Under the pieces are notes generated by a model. It did no database searches. It was not told the origin of the DNA and worked only from the letters and a program-made list of their open reading frames with translations. This document shows, in pieces, positions 1-9,500 of a stretch of 64,000 nt of DNA. The stretch lies in NCBI GenBank assembly GCA_965601925.1, contig OZ271854.1, positions 1,536,001-1,600,000 of the forward strand. The letters are read 5' to 3'. Made by a program: the position numbers and the translations under genes. The DNA is from Alkalispirochaeta sp. GTDB lineage: Bacteria; Spirochaetota; Spirochaetia; DSM-27196; Alkalispirochaetaceae. Each line of letters opens with the position of its first letter. Position 1 is the first letter of the stretch.

Positions 1-669
1 CAACTCGCCCAGACGACGATGCGTTCCGAGATCGGCAAGATCGAACTCGACCGCACATTCTCGGAACGCGACTCGATTAACGATGCGATCGTACGCGCCG
101 TCGATGAGGCCTCCGATCCGTGGGGCATCAAAGTCACGCGCTACGAAATCAAGGACATCACGCCGTCGGAGGGCGTCATGACCGCGATGGAGCAACAGGT
201 CCGAGCAGAACGGGAGAAACGCGCCGAAATTCTTTCGAGCGAAGGTATTAGGGAGGCGCGGATCAACTCGTCCAAGGGCGACCGCCAGCAGGCGATCAAT
301 CTCTCCCAGGGCGAACGGAGGCGGCGTATTAATGAGGCGGAGGGGCGTGCCCGCGCCACCGAGATCATCGCGGAGGCGACCGCCGGCGGCGTCTCCGAGG
401 TGTCCGCGGCCATTCGTCTACCCCATGGACGCACCGCCGTCGCAATGAGAATCTCCGAACAGTTCATCTCAGGCCTGGGTGAGATCATCAAAAAGGGCGA
501 CACGTCCGTACTTCCGGCTGAGCTCGCCCAGCTGCGTTCGGTCATTGCGTCGTTACGCGGCGGCGCTCACCGAGACGCTGCCGAAGCCGACCCGTCTCAT
601 CGTACGGCCGCCCCATCGTCGGCGCCGCGCGGCGAGGCGACCGATTACCGTGTAGGAGGTAACGCATGA
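1..669 (+). CDS. SPFH/Band-7 (stomatin-like, paraslipin) protein, 5'-truncated by window edge
   Basis: Frame open from base 1 (QLAQTTMRSEIGKIELDRTF...WGIKVTRYEIKDI); SPFH motifs; paralogous to next gene. Confidence 0.9.
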   Translation, partial: QLAQTTMRSEIGKIELDRTFSERDSINDAIVRAVDEASDPWGIKVTRYEIKDITPSEGVMTAMEQQVRAEREKRAEILSSEGIREARINSSKGDRQQAINLSQGERRRRINEAEGRARATEIIAEATAGGVSEVSAAIRLPHGRTAVAMRISEQFISGLGEIIKKGDTSVLPAELAQLRSVIASLRGGAHRDAAEADPSHRTAAPSSAPRGEATDYRVGGNA

Positions 670-1607
670 ATCCTTTCCTCCCGCTACAAATCGTTCTCGG
701 CGTCTTCGGTGTCGTGGTCGTCGTTACACTCTTCCGTAGCATCCGCATCGTTCCGGCGCGGAGCGTGTTGGTGATCGAACGCCTGGGGAAATACTCCGGC
801 ACGCTTCAAGCCGGCTTCCACGTTCTGATTCCGTTCATCGATCGCGTGGCGTATACCCACAGCCTCAAGGAGCAGGCGGTGGACGTGCCGACCCAACCGT
901 GCTTTACCCAAGACAACGTCAAAATCGACATAGACGGCGTGCTCTATCTTCGCGTAACGGATCCCAAGAAGGCGAGCTACGGTATCACCGATTTTCGCTA
1001 TGCCACGATTCAACTCGCCCAGACGACCATGCGCTCGGTGATCGGCAAGCTCGAACTCGACCGAACGTTCGAGGAGCGTGAGGCGATCAACGCGACGATC
1101 GTAAAAGAGGTGGACGCCGCGAGCGCCGAATGGGGGGTCGACGTCACCCGCTACGAGATTCAAAACATCGTCGTTCCCCAGGATATTCTGCAAGCGATGG
1201 AGGCGCAGCTTCGCGCCGATCGCGAGAAGCGCGCCATGGTCGCCCGTTCCCTCGGTGAGATGGAAAGCAAGATCAACTACTCCGTCGGCGAGATGGAGGA
1301 GGCGATCAACCGTTCCGAGGGCGAGAAGGAGAAGTGGATCAACGAGGCCGAGGGGAAGGCCGCCGAAATCGAGGCGCTCGCGAAGGCGACCGCCGCCTCG
1401 TTGGGCAAACTCGCCGAGGCGTTGGACGTCGAGGGGGGCAGCGAGGCACTCGCGCTGCAGCTCGCCGAGCAGTACATCGGCGAACTCCGCCATCTCGCCC
1501 AAGGCGGGACCGAGGTCGTTCTTCCGATGGATCTGACCGATCTCGACTCGATGTTGGGCAACATACGCACTATCTTGGATCGGGCCGGAGCAAAGACGTC
1601 CATATAG
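666..1607 (+). CDS. SPFH/Band-7 (stomatin-like) protein
   Basis: N-terminal TM, IERLGKY...GFHVLIPFIDRV, TQDNV, coiled-coil tail; GGAGG RBS; ATGA overlap with upstream gene. Confidence 0.92.
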   Translation: MNPFLPLQIVLGVFGVVVVVTLFRSIRIVPARSVLVIERLGKYSGTLQAGFHVLIPFIDRVAYTHSLKEQAVDVPTQPCFTQDNVKIDIDGVLYLRVTDPKKASYGITDFRYATIQLAQTTMRSVIGKLELDRTFEEREAINATIVKEVDAASAEWGVDVTRYEIQNIVVPQDILQAMEAQLRADREKRAMVARSLGEMESKINYSVGEMEEAINRSEGEKEKWINEAEGKAAEIEALAKATAASLGKLAEALDVEGGSEALALQLAEQYIGELRHLAQGGTEVVLPMDLTDLDSMLGNIRTILDRAGAKTSI

Positions 1608-1627
1608 ACGGTCGATGTCGGGGGGCG

Positions 1628-1754
1628 ACTCAACGACCGCGTGGCGTGTATTGGCGCGGTTGTTGCGCACGCAAGAACCGGGACAATGGCCACGACTGGT
1701 CTATGTGCCATGTCATGTGGCGAGCGATGAACACGCCCCGCATCTGAAGCAACG
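1628..1754. repeat. ~125-bp direct repeat, copy 1
   Basis: Near-identical to 4325-4460 (actcaacgaccgcgtg...gccccgcatctgaa.caacg). Confidence 0.95.
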
Positions 1755-2065
1755 ACCCCGTTTATGCCGGCTTTATTGAATGTGAATACCAAGCTTGGCA
1801 GGTCGCCCCCCCGGTTGTGATCCCGCTCGCCTCACCTAACGATTTCCTCGCGCACGCCCCGTGGGATACGTGTGTCTGTTTCTCGGTCAAAATGCACCTA
1901 AAACTGCCGTTTCTCCCCGATTGTCGCGTCTGCACCTTCACCCGCGCAGCGAGGCCACCGGTGTTTCCGTGCGAATAGCTCTTGCCGCCCCGTTTTCGTG
2001 TAAACTCACCATCGGTGCGGTTTTGCACTTGTACTCCGAGATAACTCTTCCTCATTCTGGTTGAT

Positions 2066-3160
2066 TTATAATCGGGAACGGAAGAACTCAACTGCCTCTT
2101 GCCCCACGTTTTCATGAACAACAGCGCGTTCAATTCCTTCCGGGTCTCTGAACAACCTGCGAGCAAATATCTTGCCCCACCAGACACCTCTACTTAAAAA
2201 AGTGTAGTGAGTCACCCCCGGGAGAACCGTTATCTCGCTGTTAGGAATCGAATCAGCAAGTGGGACAGCATTCGTCGTGGGAACTCCCTGATCATCTTCA
2301 CTGCCGACGATCAATTTTACCGGAACTCGAATCGATTGAAGGCTCTCGTCGGTAATCAATGGACCGCCGACCGGTGCGATAACAAAAGCCGCTCCTATCC
2401 TTTCGTCGAGGTAGCTGTCGTTTGCTCGGGATAAGCACGAACGTACCGACTCAGTTTGGGTGTATTCCGTCACTTCGTTTGTAGCGAAGGGAGCCTCCGG
2501 CGGAAAATGGCAGATCGGATCGCTTTCATTGTCCGAGCAGTATCCTCTCCAACGTTCGACATCGAGCCGTGCTCCGACCGTAGCGAGAGCGGTGTAGCCA
2601 CCAAGTGAAAAACCCGCGACTCCAACTCTTTCCGGATCAATCCGATCGCCTATGACCGGATCTAATAGTAAATTGTCGATCAAAGCGCTGATATCCGCGG
2701 GACGTTCCCACCAACAAATAAAACCCTCGGGTAAATAGTTTCGTTCCGCACCGGTATTACCGTGGTGATTAACGGCCACAACAACATTGCCGGCGGAAGC
2801 GAGTTTTACACATAACCAAGCGATGCTCGCCGCCGAACCGCCGGTCCCGTGTGATACGACGATTAAAGGATACCGGACATCCTCCTGATTCCAATCCGAG
2901 AGAAATCTATACCGTCCAGTTTTAAAGATCGCGATTCTCTGCTTTGGGGTCCGTCGACCCGTATCAGCCGGATACCAGATCATTGTTGAAAGAGGGCGAG
3001 GCCCGTCGGAGTTCCATCGTTCCCGCGAAGGATCGGTGTACGCTCTGGTAACAGCTCCAACCGCGTTCGGGTAGGAGTCTATAGGTAGCGTTTGACAGGA
3101 AAACACGGTTACGAGGCACCCAATAACCACGAGTTTTACCAGCGACTGAACAGCCTTCAA
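2066..3160 (-). CDS. Alpha/beta hydrolase (dienelactone/PAF-acetylhydrolase-like), probable lipoprotein
   Basis: SHGTGG, GFSLGG nucleophile elbow, HYTF catalytic His; VFSC lipobox-like motif; start placed at TTG 3160 because the ORF-track extension to 3259 lies in a repeat. Confidence 0.8.
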   Translation of the reverse strand: MKAVQSLVKLVVIGCLVTVFSCQTLPIDSYPNAVGAVTRAYTDPSRERWNSDGPRPLSTMIWYPADTGRRTPKQRIAIFKTGRYRFLSDWNQEDVRYPLIVVSHGTGGSAASIAWLCVKLASAGNVVVAVNHHGNTGAERNYLPEGFICWWERPADISALIDNLLLDPVIGDRIDPERVGVAGFSLGGYTALATVGARLDVERWRGYCSDNESDPICHFPPEAPFATNEVTEYTQTESVRSCLSRANDSYLDERIGAAFVIAPVGGPLITDESLQSIRVPVKLIVGSEDDQGVPTTNAVPLADSIPNSEITVLPGVTHYTFLSRGVWWGKIFARRLFRDPEGIERAVVHENVGQEAVEFFRSRL

Positions 3161-3198
3161 TGGTTTACATTCTCCCGTTCCGTTTTTTTTTGGCAAAC

Positions 3199-3331
3199 CA
3201 GGCAATTTCAAGAATCGGCGATTTTTGGAAATGCCAGGACTTCTAGAAATCATAATCATATACTGTGTATATAATTATGATTTCGACCCGATATTGAGGC
3301 TCTTGCAAAATGCAATTTAGAAAGAGCCTCA
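3199..3331. repeat. AT-rich triple-hairpin dispersed repeat, copy 1 (more degenerate)
   Basis: Aligns over ~133 bp with 29770-29902. Confidence 0.92.
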
Positions 3332-3347
3332 GGCGTAAAAAAGTTAT

Positions 3348-3740
3348 GTTCATTCCCGGACATGGTTTACACATCCAACGCGCTATTGTACGTCATGATG
3401 TCGTGAACATGTAGGTCCTTCATGTCGATATACCCGAGCGGCCCATGGCGATATCAGACGGCCCACACCCCATCATCCAGTTCGTCCATGCCGATATACC
3501 TTCCACCGAGGGCGGTCGAGACCATCACCTGTACATCTGATTTCCACCTGATTGATCCGTTTACGGTAACGTACCGGGTGCGGTACCCCCGGTCATACTC
3601 CCACTCTGTAATACGCCGATTGTAGGTCCTGGGCGAATGAATATGCACCGACCCTGGCGTTGCCATCGCTTCATGAGGTCTCACATCGTTGTACTCGTTT
3701 CGAAACTGATTGAACATGTTCTGTTGTGCCTTCAGGTGTT
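3348..3740 (-). mobile_element. IS481-family remnant (transposase C-terminus plus right end)
   Basis: QQNMFNQFRNEYNDVRPHEA...VTVNGSIRW...STALGGRYIGMDELDDGVWAV with premature stop; terminus TGTAAACCATGTCCGGGAATGAACA on minus strand. Confidence 0.75.
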
Positions 3741-4236
3741 TGCCCGCCGGTTCGTCGAGTTTGTCAGTTGAGTCGAGAGCTGTCTCGATCGCATCCAACT
3801 CGATCTCGTCGGTGATCGGCGTCAACACGTGTTCAAGCACACGGTACGCGGACTTCTCATGATCGAGTTCGGCGTTGATGTGCTTATCGAACTCTGAGTC
3901 TTTGAAGTGTCTCGAAGTGAACCCGATGAAATCGTAAAGCTCGAACCATTCGAAAGCGAAGAAGCGGCGTCCGATGTCGTCTTTGATCTCCCGAGCGGCC
4001 CCAAGGATAGAGTTCATCGTTTCTCGAAAGTGAACATGCCAAAGCCGTTTAACATAGTTAGTGAAGGTTTCCGCGAAAGAGTCGCTTCCGTAGCCGGTAC
4101 GGTCGTAGGTGAGTGCATTCCGAAAAAGTTTGATCGACACGATGCTCCAGAGCCCGCTTCGGGGTGGTTAATCGATTGCCTCAAACTGAACGATGGTTCT
4201 AATGGGAGTCCTGCCGATCCTTTCGGAGAACCGCAT
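3741..4236 (-). pseudogene. AbiJ-NTD4-like protein, disrupted and truncated
   Basis: MRFSERIGRTPIRTIVQFEAID* then ...RLWHVHF...FEWFELYDFIGF...SAYRV...ITDEIELDAIETAL...HLK; internal stop; 3' part replaced by IS sequence. Confidence 0.6.
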
Positions 4237-4324
4237 CCCACTACTATCAGTCTTTTGCAGGTTGTCGACAACATGATGTAGTCCTTGGTCGAACATCATC
4301 GAATCCGGAGCTCCCTTCTTCGGC

Positions 4325-4460
4325 ACTCAACGACCGCGTGACCTGCGTGGCGTGTATTGGCGCGGTTGTTGCGCACGCAAGAACCGGGACAATGGCCACG
4401 ACCGGTCTATGCGCCATGTTATGTGGCGAGCGATGAACACGCCCCGCATCTGAAACAACG
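4325..4460. repeat. ~125-bp direct repeat, copy 2 (9-bp insertion)
   Basis: Matches 1628-1754 with few substitutions and an extra acctgcgtg. Confidence 0.95.
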
Positions 4461-4640
4461 GCGTCTTTCTTCCCGTCCTCATGTATGTGAGCAGGGCAGT
4501 TGCCCCGCCGACACCGGCAGCGAAACCGTACGTCCTTCGCGGTCGGAAGGTGCTGCATACCGGCTTCGACCGCCACTGTGCCGACGTTTGTGGCCGCTAC
4601 GACGAAACGCACACGGCCACCCACTCCCCGCTTCCTTCCA

Positions 4641-4967
4641 TCATTCGTTCTGATCGTTCGGTTCCTTCATTGCGTCGTTGGCCACGGCAGACGGCTGCCC
4701 GGCGTCGCTGGTCCACACCGCGTGGTACACCACGCCCCAACGACGAAGCGCAGCGGCTAGACGTACGCCGAGCTCGGAGCCGTGCGGCCGAATCGGAGCG
4801 GTGTCGTGGCGAATCTCCAGCAAGAAATCGCTGTCGACCGTCACGCGGCGATAGATCCGCGCCGCGTTCATCTCTGGTGTGCCGGCCAGCTCGACCAAAA
4901 GCTGCTCGACAGACGGTCCGGACCCGTAAGGGAGACGCAGCTCGAGCGTCTCGAGCCAACTCATCAC
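4641..4967 (-). CDS. Hypothetical protein (108 aa), last gene of the MMPL operon
   Basis: WLETLELR...GSELGVRLAAALRRWGVVYHAVW; start overlaps stop of upstream mini-ORF. Confidence 0.65.
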   Translation of the reverse strand: MMSWLETLELRLPYGSGPSVEQLLVELAGTPEMNAARIYRRVTVDSDFLLEIRHDTAPIRPHGSELGVRLAAALRRWGVVYHAVWTSDAGQPSAVANDAMKEPNDQNE

Positions 4968-5113
4968 GGTTCACCCGGCATGGCCGCGAGCTGATCGGCG
5001 AAGAACTGTTGCAGCGTGTAGCTTCCGTAGGTCGGCGCAACCATATCGCGCGCCTGTCGGGCGACGTGGCGGCCGAGGAAGCCGGTCGCTCCGGCGATCA
5101 GTACTCGTTTCAT
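4964..5113 (-). pseudogene. 49-aa internally deleted NAD(P)-binding SDR remnant
   Basis: Manual translation MKRVLIAGATGFLGRHVARQARDMVAPTYGSYTLQQFFADQLAAMPGEP; GxxGxxG motif; AGGAGAG RBS. Confidence 0.65.
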
Positions 5114-5141
5114 TGCGCTCTCCTTCATTGCAAACTCGTCG

Positions 5142-6581
5142 TTAGAACGACACCTTGACCTGCGCCACGCCGCCCGGTCGCACGAGGCGCACCGTTCTGT
5201 CGTCGAACGTTCGCTCCCCGCCGAACTCGGAGGTGGAACCGCCCCAGGGAACGATTCCGGTTAGCCCGAGCGTAAGCGCGTCCGACAGCTCGTATTCGAT
5301 CGCCGGTAGCGCGACGCCGCTTGCGTCATTGAGATTGACCAGTGCCGCGGCGCTTACCTCGACGTAGTCCCAGAATGTCCGCTGAAGGAGCCCAAACCCG
5401 TAGTCGCGGGCCAGCACGCTTATGTGACCGGTAAAAAGCGGCGCGAGGTCGTAGTCGGCGGGTCTCGCGGCTCCCGCGCCGCGGCGATAATACTCAACCT
5501 TCGCTTCCACGTCCCCGGGAAACAGATACTCGAGTCCGACCGTCGATTCGAGCGCCTCATGGGCCGTCCAGCCGTCCGTGCCGTCGAACGAGTCCGTGGT
5601 TAGGATCGCCTCGGCGAACATCCCGAGATCGCCGATCGAGCCGACGAGCTCCGCGGCCGCGTGAAGGTATCGTTCGTAGCCGGTACCGTCGCGCGCGGCA
5701 ACGACCTCGTGGAGCGCCCCGGCGGCGACATCAAACGAGCCGACATACGCGCGAATGCGGGCGCCCCACGGGTAGTTCCAGACCTCGACATCCTCCGGCG
5801 CCGTACGGCCCGTGTGTAATCGATCCTCAAATGCAACATAACCCTCAAGCACCGCCTGTGCGGGCAGCGCGACCGCCGCGCCGACCGAAGCCGTTCCGGT
5901 GGTCTCCTCCTCGCCGAGCTCGGTGAGATTGCCGTCGGGATTGGTTCGTGCGGTGGGGTTGAACGCGTATCCGGTCCCCCACGCGATCGGGACGCGCCCG
6001 ATTTGGTAGTCGACGCGATCGAATCGCAGTTGGGCCCACGCCTGATCCACGAACAAGGTGGAACGGAAATCGTCCTGCGGGCTCGCGTCCTGCGCGTCGT
6101 TGACCGCGCCGCCGCCAAGACCGGTCGCTTGCGTAAACGCGAACTGGTTGGATAGGCCTGCGTCGTGCCTCGACTCGATCTCGAGATGGAAGAGAACTCG
6201 CTCGCTCGGCTCCCAATCACCTTTGAGGCGCACCCGGGTGACCGCCCCCAGCGCAGCATCGCGGCCGGCGACCGCGACACTTCCAGTTTTTCCGAAAGAC
6301 GCCTGGACCGTGCTCGACAGGTAGCCGTATAGGCTGAACGCGCCGACCCGGTCGAAGGCGTTCGTTGTGACCGGCGCGGTCGCGTCGGGCTGCCACTCGT
6401 CGCCGGGCCACACCCCATCCGTAGTTTCCGCGCCCTCCCTCGTCGCCGCAATCTCGCTGCTATCGGTGGCGTGTGACCCAGGTGGCCACGGTTCATCGCC
6501 CCACGGCGACTCTTGCGCTCCCGCAAACGCGACGGAAGACAACAGAAGGGCGGCTCCCGCCGCTACAATCGTGTTTCGCAT
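5142..6581 (-). CDS. Putative outer-membrane beta-barrel protein
   Basis: Signal peptide, DQAWAQL...IGRVPIAWGTGYAFNPT, C-terminal VKVSF; follows MMPL/LolA-like gene. Confidence 0.7.
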   Translation of the reverse strand: MRNTIVAAGAALLLSSVAFAGAQESPWGDEPWPPGSHATDSSEIAATREGAETTDGVWPGDEWQPDATAPVTTNAFDRVGAFSLYGYLSSTVQASFGKTGSVAVAGRDAALGAVTRVRLKGDWEPSERVLFHLEIESRHDAGLSNQFAFTQATGLGGGAVNDAQDASPQDDFRSTLFVDQAWAQLRFDRVDYQIGRVPIAWGTGYAFNPTARTNPDGNLTELGEEETTGTASVGAAVALPAQAVLEGYVAFEDRLHTGRTAPEDVEVWNYPWGARIRAYVGSFDVAAGALHEVVAARDGTGYERYLHAAAELVGSIGDLGMFAEAILTTDSFDGTDGWTAHEALESTVGLEYLFPGDVEAKVEYYRRGAGAARPADYDLAPLFTGHISVLARDYGFGLLQRTFWDYVEVSAAALVNLNDASGVALPAIEYELSDALTLGLTGIVPWGGSTSEFGGERTFDDRTVRLVRPGGVAQVKVSF

Positions 6582-6587
6582 GATCGC

Positions 6588-9500
6588 CTACCTGTAGAAC
6601 CGGTTGGGGTTGAAGAAACGATCGTCCATCGGCACGTCGAACGCCGCCTGATGGATCACCAGTTGCGTGCGGCGGTGACGGCGATGGTTCATCATCGTCA
6701 GCTCCGTCGCGATCAGTCGTCCCTGAATGGTCTGGAACGTCTCGGCGGTAAGCGTCTTTTCGCGGCCGTGATCCTCGGTGAAATACTCGATGCGCGTCGC
6801 AACGAGTCTTTCGCGGTCTATCGTGTAGATCAGATGGTTGTAAGAGCTGTCCGGGTCGGTCGGTATGCCGCGTATCACCCACGCGGCGGGTGTCTCGTCG
6901 ACCATCGAGAAGGTGTAGTCATCCAACAGTTCACCGCCGCCCATATCCTCGTAGCTAAAGTCACCGCCGACGCCGCCGACCGACCCGCTCTTCTGGCCGC
7001 TCGCGATACGTCGTACGCGCCCGGTACTCGGGAAGAAGACGCGGATCTCGCCGTCGAGGTCCTGCACCCGCAGCCCGGCTATGCTGCGTGGTGCGACAAA
7101 CTCCATGTAGTTCTCCGTATCGCCACGGCCGTAGCTCTCAATGAAGAGGTCGCGGCTCTCGTCCGATTCCAGCGAATCGTAGATGTGCATGCTGATCCGC
7201 ATCGCCGCGGTGTCGGCATCCTGTTCATCGCTGACGCGGCGCATGATCTCGGTCGCGTCCTGCGCGCCGGCCGTGCCGGCGGCAACGGCAAGCACGACGA
7301 TCGCGAGCGCGAGCACAGCGCCGGGCCCGGCCACGAGTCGTTCCACCGAGCATCGCACCCCGCCGACGGTTCGATTTCCGATGCGGGCGGCACCCGTGTC
7401 GGCGGTTTGCCGGCCGCGCCGACCGTTGTTGCCGCGTCCGCCGCCCACCTCGAGATCGGCTCGCGTTCGGTTGGCCCGCGGACGTTCGGCCAGCACCGCC
7501 GGCAGGAACACCAAGCTCACCACAAACGCGCTTGCGATCCCGAGGAAGAGGATCGCCCCGATCAGCGACAGCGACTTGAACTCGCCCACGAGGGCCAGAC
7601 TGCCGAAGCCGATCATCGTCGTGAACGCAGACAGGAGCACCGCTTTGCCGGTGTAGCTGTAGGTCACCCGTAGGTCGCGCTCCTCGCGATAGCGGTGCAC
7701 CAGGTGGATGCCGAAGTCGACCGCCATGCCGATGACCAACGGCACCATCGCCAGGTTGATCGGGTTGATCTTCATACCGAGTGCCGGGTACAGGCCAAGC
7801 ATCCAGACCATGCCGAACACGAGGGGGAACGCCGCGGCGGCGGCCCAGCGGATGCTGCGAAACTCGATCAGAAGTGCAGCGACAACCACGATGAGAATGA
7901 AGATCCCCGCGCGGATCGAGCTCCGGAAGCTTTCGCGGGTCCATTCCAGCCCGAGTTGGACCGAACCGGTCATCCGATCATCGATCTGCTGCATGTCTTC
8001 GGTGAAGCGCTCCATCAGGGGCAGGCTCTCGTACATGCCTTCGGCCGGGAACGCCGTCACCAGGTTGCGTTCGCCGGTGCCGGAGAGGAACCCATCGCGA
8101 TAGTTCTCGGGCAGGTCGCCGATTCCGATCGGGCGATCCACCGCCACCATGTCTCGCGCGATCGCTGAAGTTTCGGCGGCGAACGCGGTGTCGAGTTCGG
8201 ATAGGAGCGCGCCGTAGCGTTGCGGGTCGCTCTCGATAAGCGTGATGAGCGTCTGGAACACCTCGTCCCCCGCCTCGCCGACCTCCGCGCCGAAGATCTC
8301 GCGAACCATCGCATTGCGCTTCCGGAGGATACGGTTGTCCTCGCCGAGCCCCGCAACCGACAGGTCGGCGATCTCGATCAAGTTCCACTCGACGCGCTGG
8401 ATCTCGTAGAGTAGGTCCTCGAGGGTCGCCCCCCCGTAGTCCAACTCGGTTGTCCGGCCCACGGCATCGCGACTGCGTGTGACGATTTCGAGCCGCTCCC
8501 GGGCATCGCTCCGGCGCGGGATCAGGTAGGCGATCGATCGCACGTCCGCGATCAGCGGCTCTTCCTCGAGCCGGTCGGTCAGCTCGTGCGCCTGCTCAAT
8601 CGAGTCGGCGATGACCATCGTCTGGCTCGGCGTGATGCCGAGGCGCTCCGACAGGTCGTTGTAGGCCACGATCGACGGCATGTCCTGCGGCTCGAGGTTC
8701 ATGAAGTTGTACTCCACGCGCATGCCGAGCGCGGCAAACGCCAAAGCGCCGCTCATTACCGCGCCGACGACGAGCACGCCGAGGCGGTGCTTGCCGGCCC
8801 ACTCGGCAAACGAACCGAGGAAGCTGTAGTCGATCTTCGGCAGACGCGCCTCCTTGTCCGCCTGCTTGCGACCGAATAGGAGCAGCAGGCTCGGCAGGAT
8901 CGTGACCATCGCCAGAAAGCAGAGCACGATGCCGCTCGCGGCGGTGACGCCGAACTGGGCGAACGCCTTGCTCCCCGTGAGCGTCATGACGATGAACGCC
9001 ACGGCGGTCGTGAAGGCGGCGAGCAACGTGCCCATTCCGGCCTTGCGGAACGTCAGCATGATCGACTTGTTCGGGTCGTGACCGAGCTTGCGCATCGCGT
9101 TGAAGGTGGTAACGATCTGAATCCCGTAGTCGATCCCGAGACCGATCAACAGCGTGCTCATGAAGCTCGTCATCATGTTGATCTCGCGGATCGTCACACC
9201 GACGAAGCCGTAGTTGAAGATGATGCCCATCACCAAGACGATGAGCGTCATGACGATCGAGCGGATCTGATCGAACGAGAAGAGGAAGACAACCAGGATC
9301 AACAAGAGCGCCACGAGCGCCGGCACCAACATGTCGAAGCCCATCGCAAGTTGTTCGTCCGCCTGGATCGGGATGTTGCCCGTGACCTGGACGGTCACAC
9401 CGGGGACCTGTGCCTCGACGATCGCCTGAACTTCGCGCACGTTATCCATCAATGCGACGAGCTCAGCGAAGTCCATCGACGAGATGCCGGGCACGATCGT

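Noticed and set aside
1..1070. Nucleotide similarity between 1-55 and ~1011-1070
   Set aside because: Expected from tandem SPFH paralogues, a common arrangement
3161..3259. N-terminal extension MIMISRSPG... of the hydrolase ORF
   Set aside because: Derives from the triple-hairpin repeat; the signal/lipobox sequence begins downstream
1628..4460. CRISPR interpretation of the repeats
   Set aside because: Only two copies, far too long and widely spaced; no cas genes
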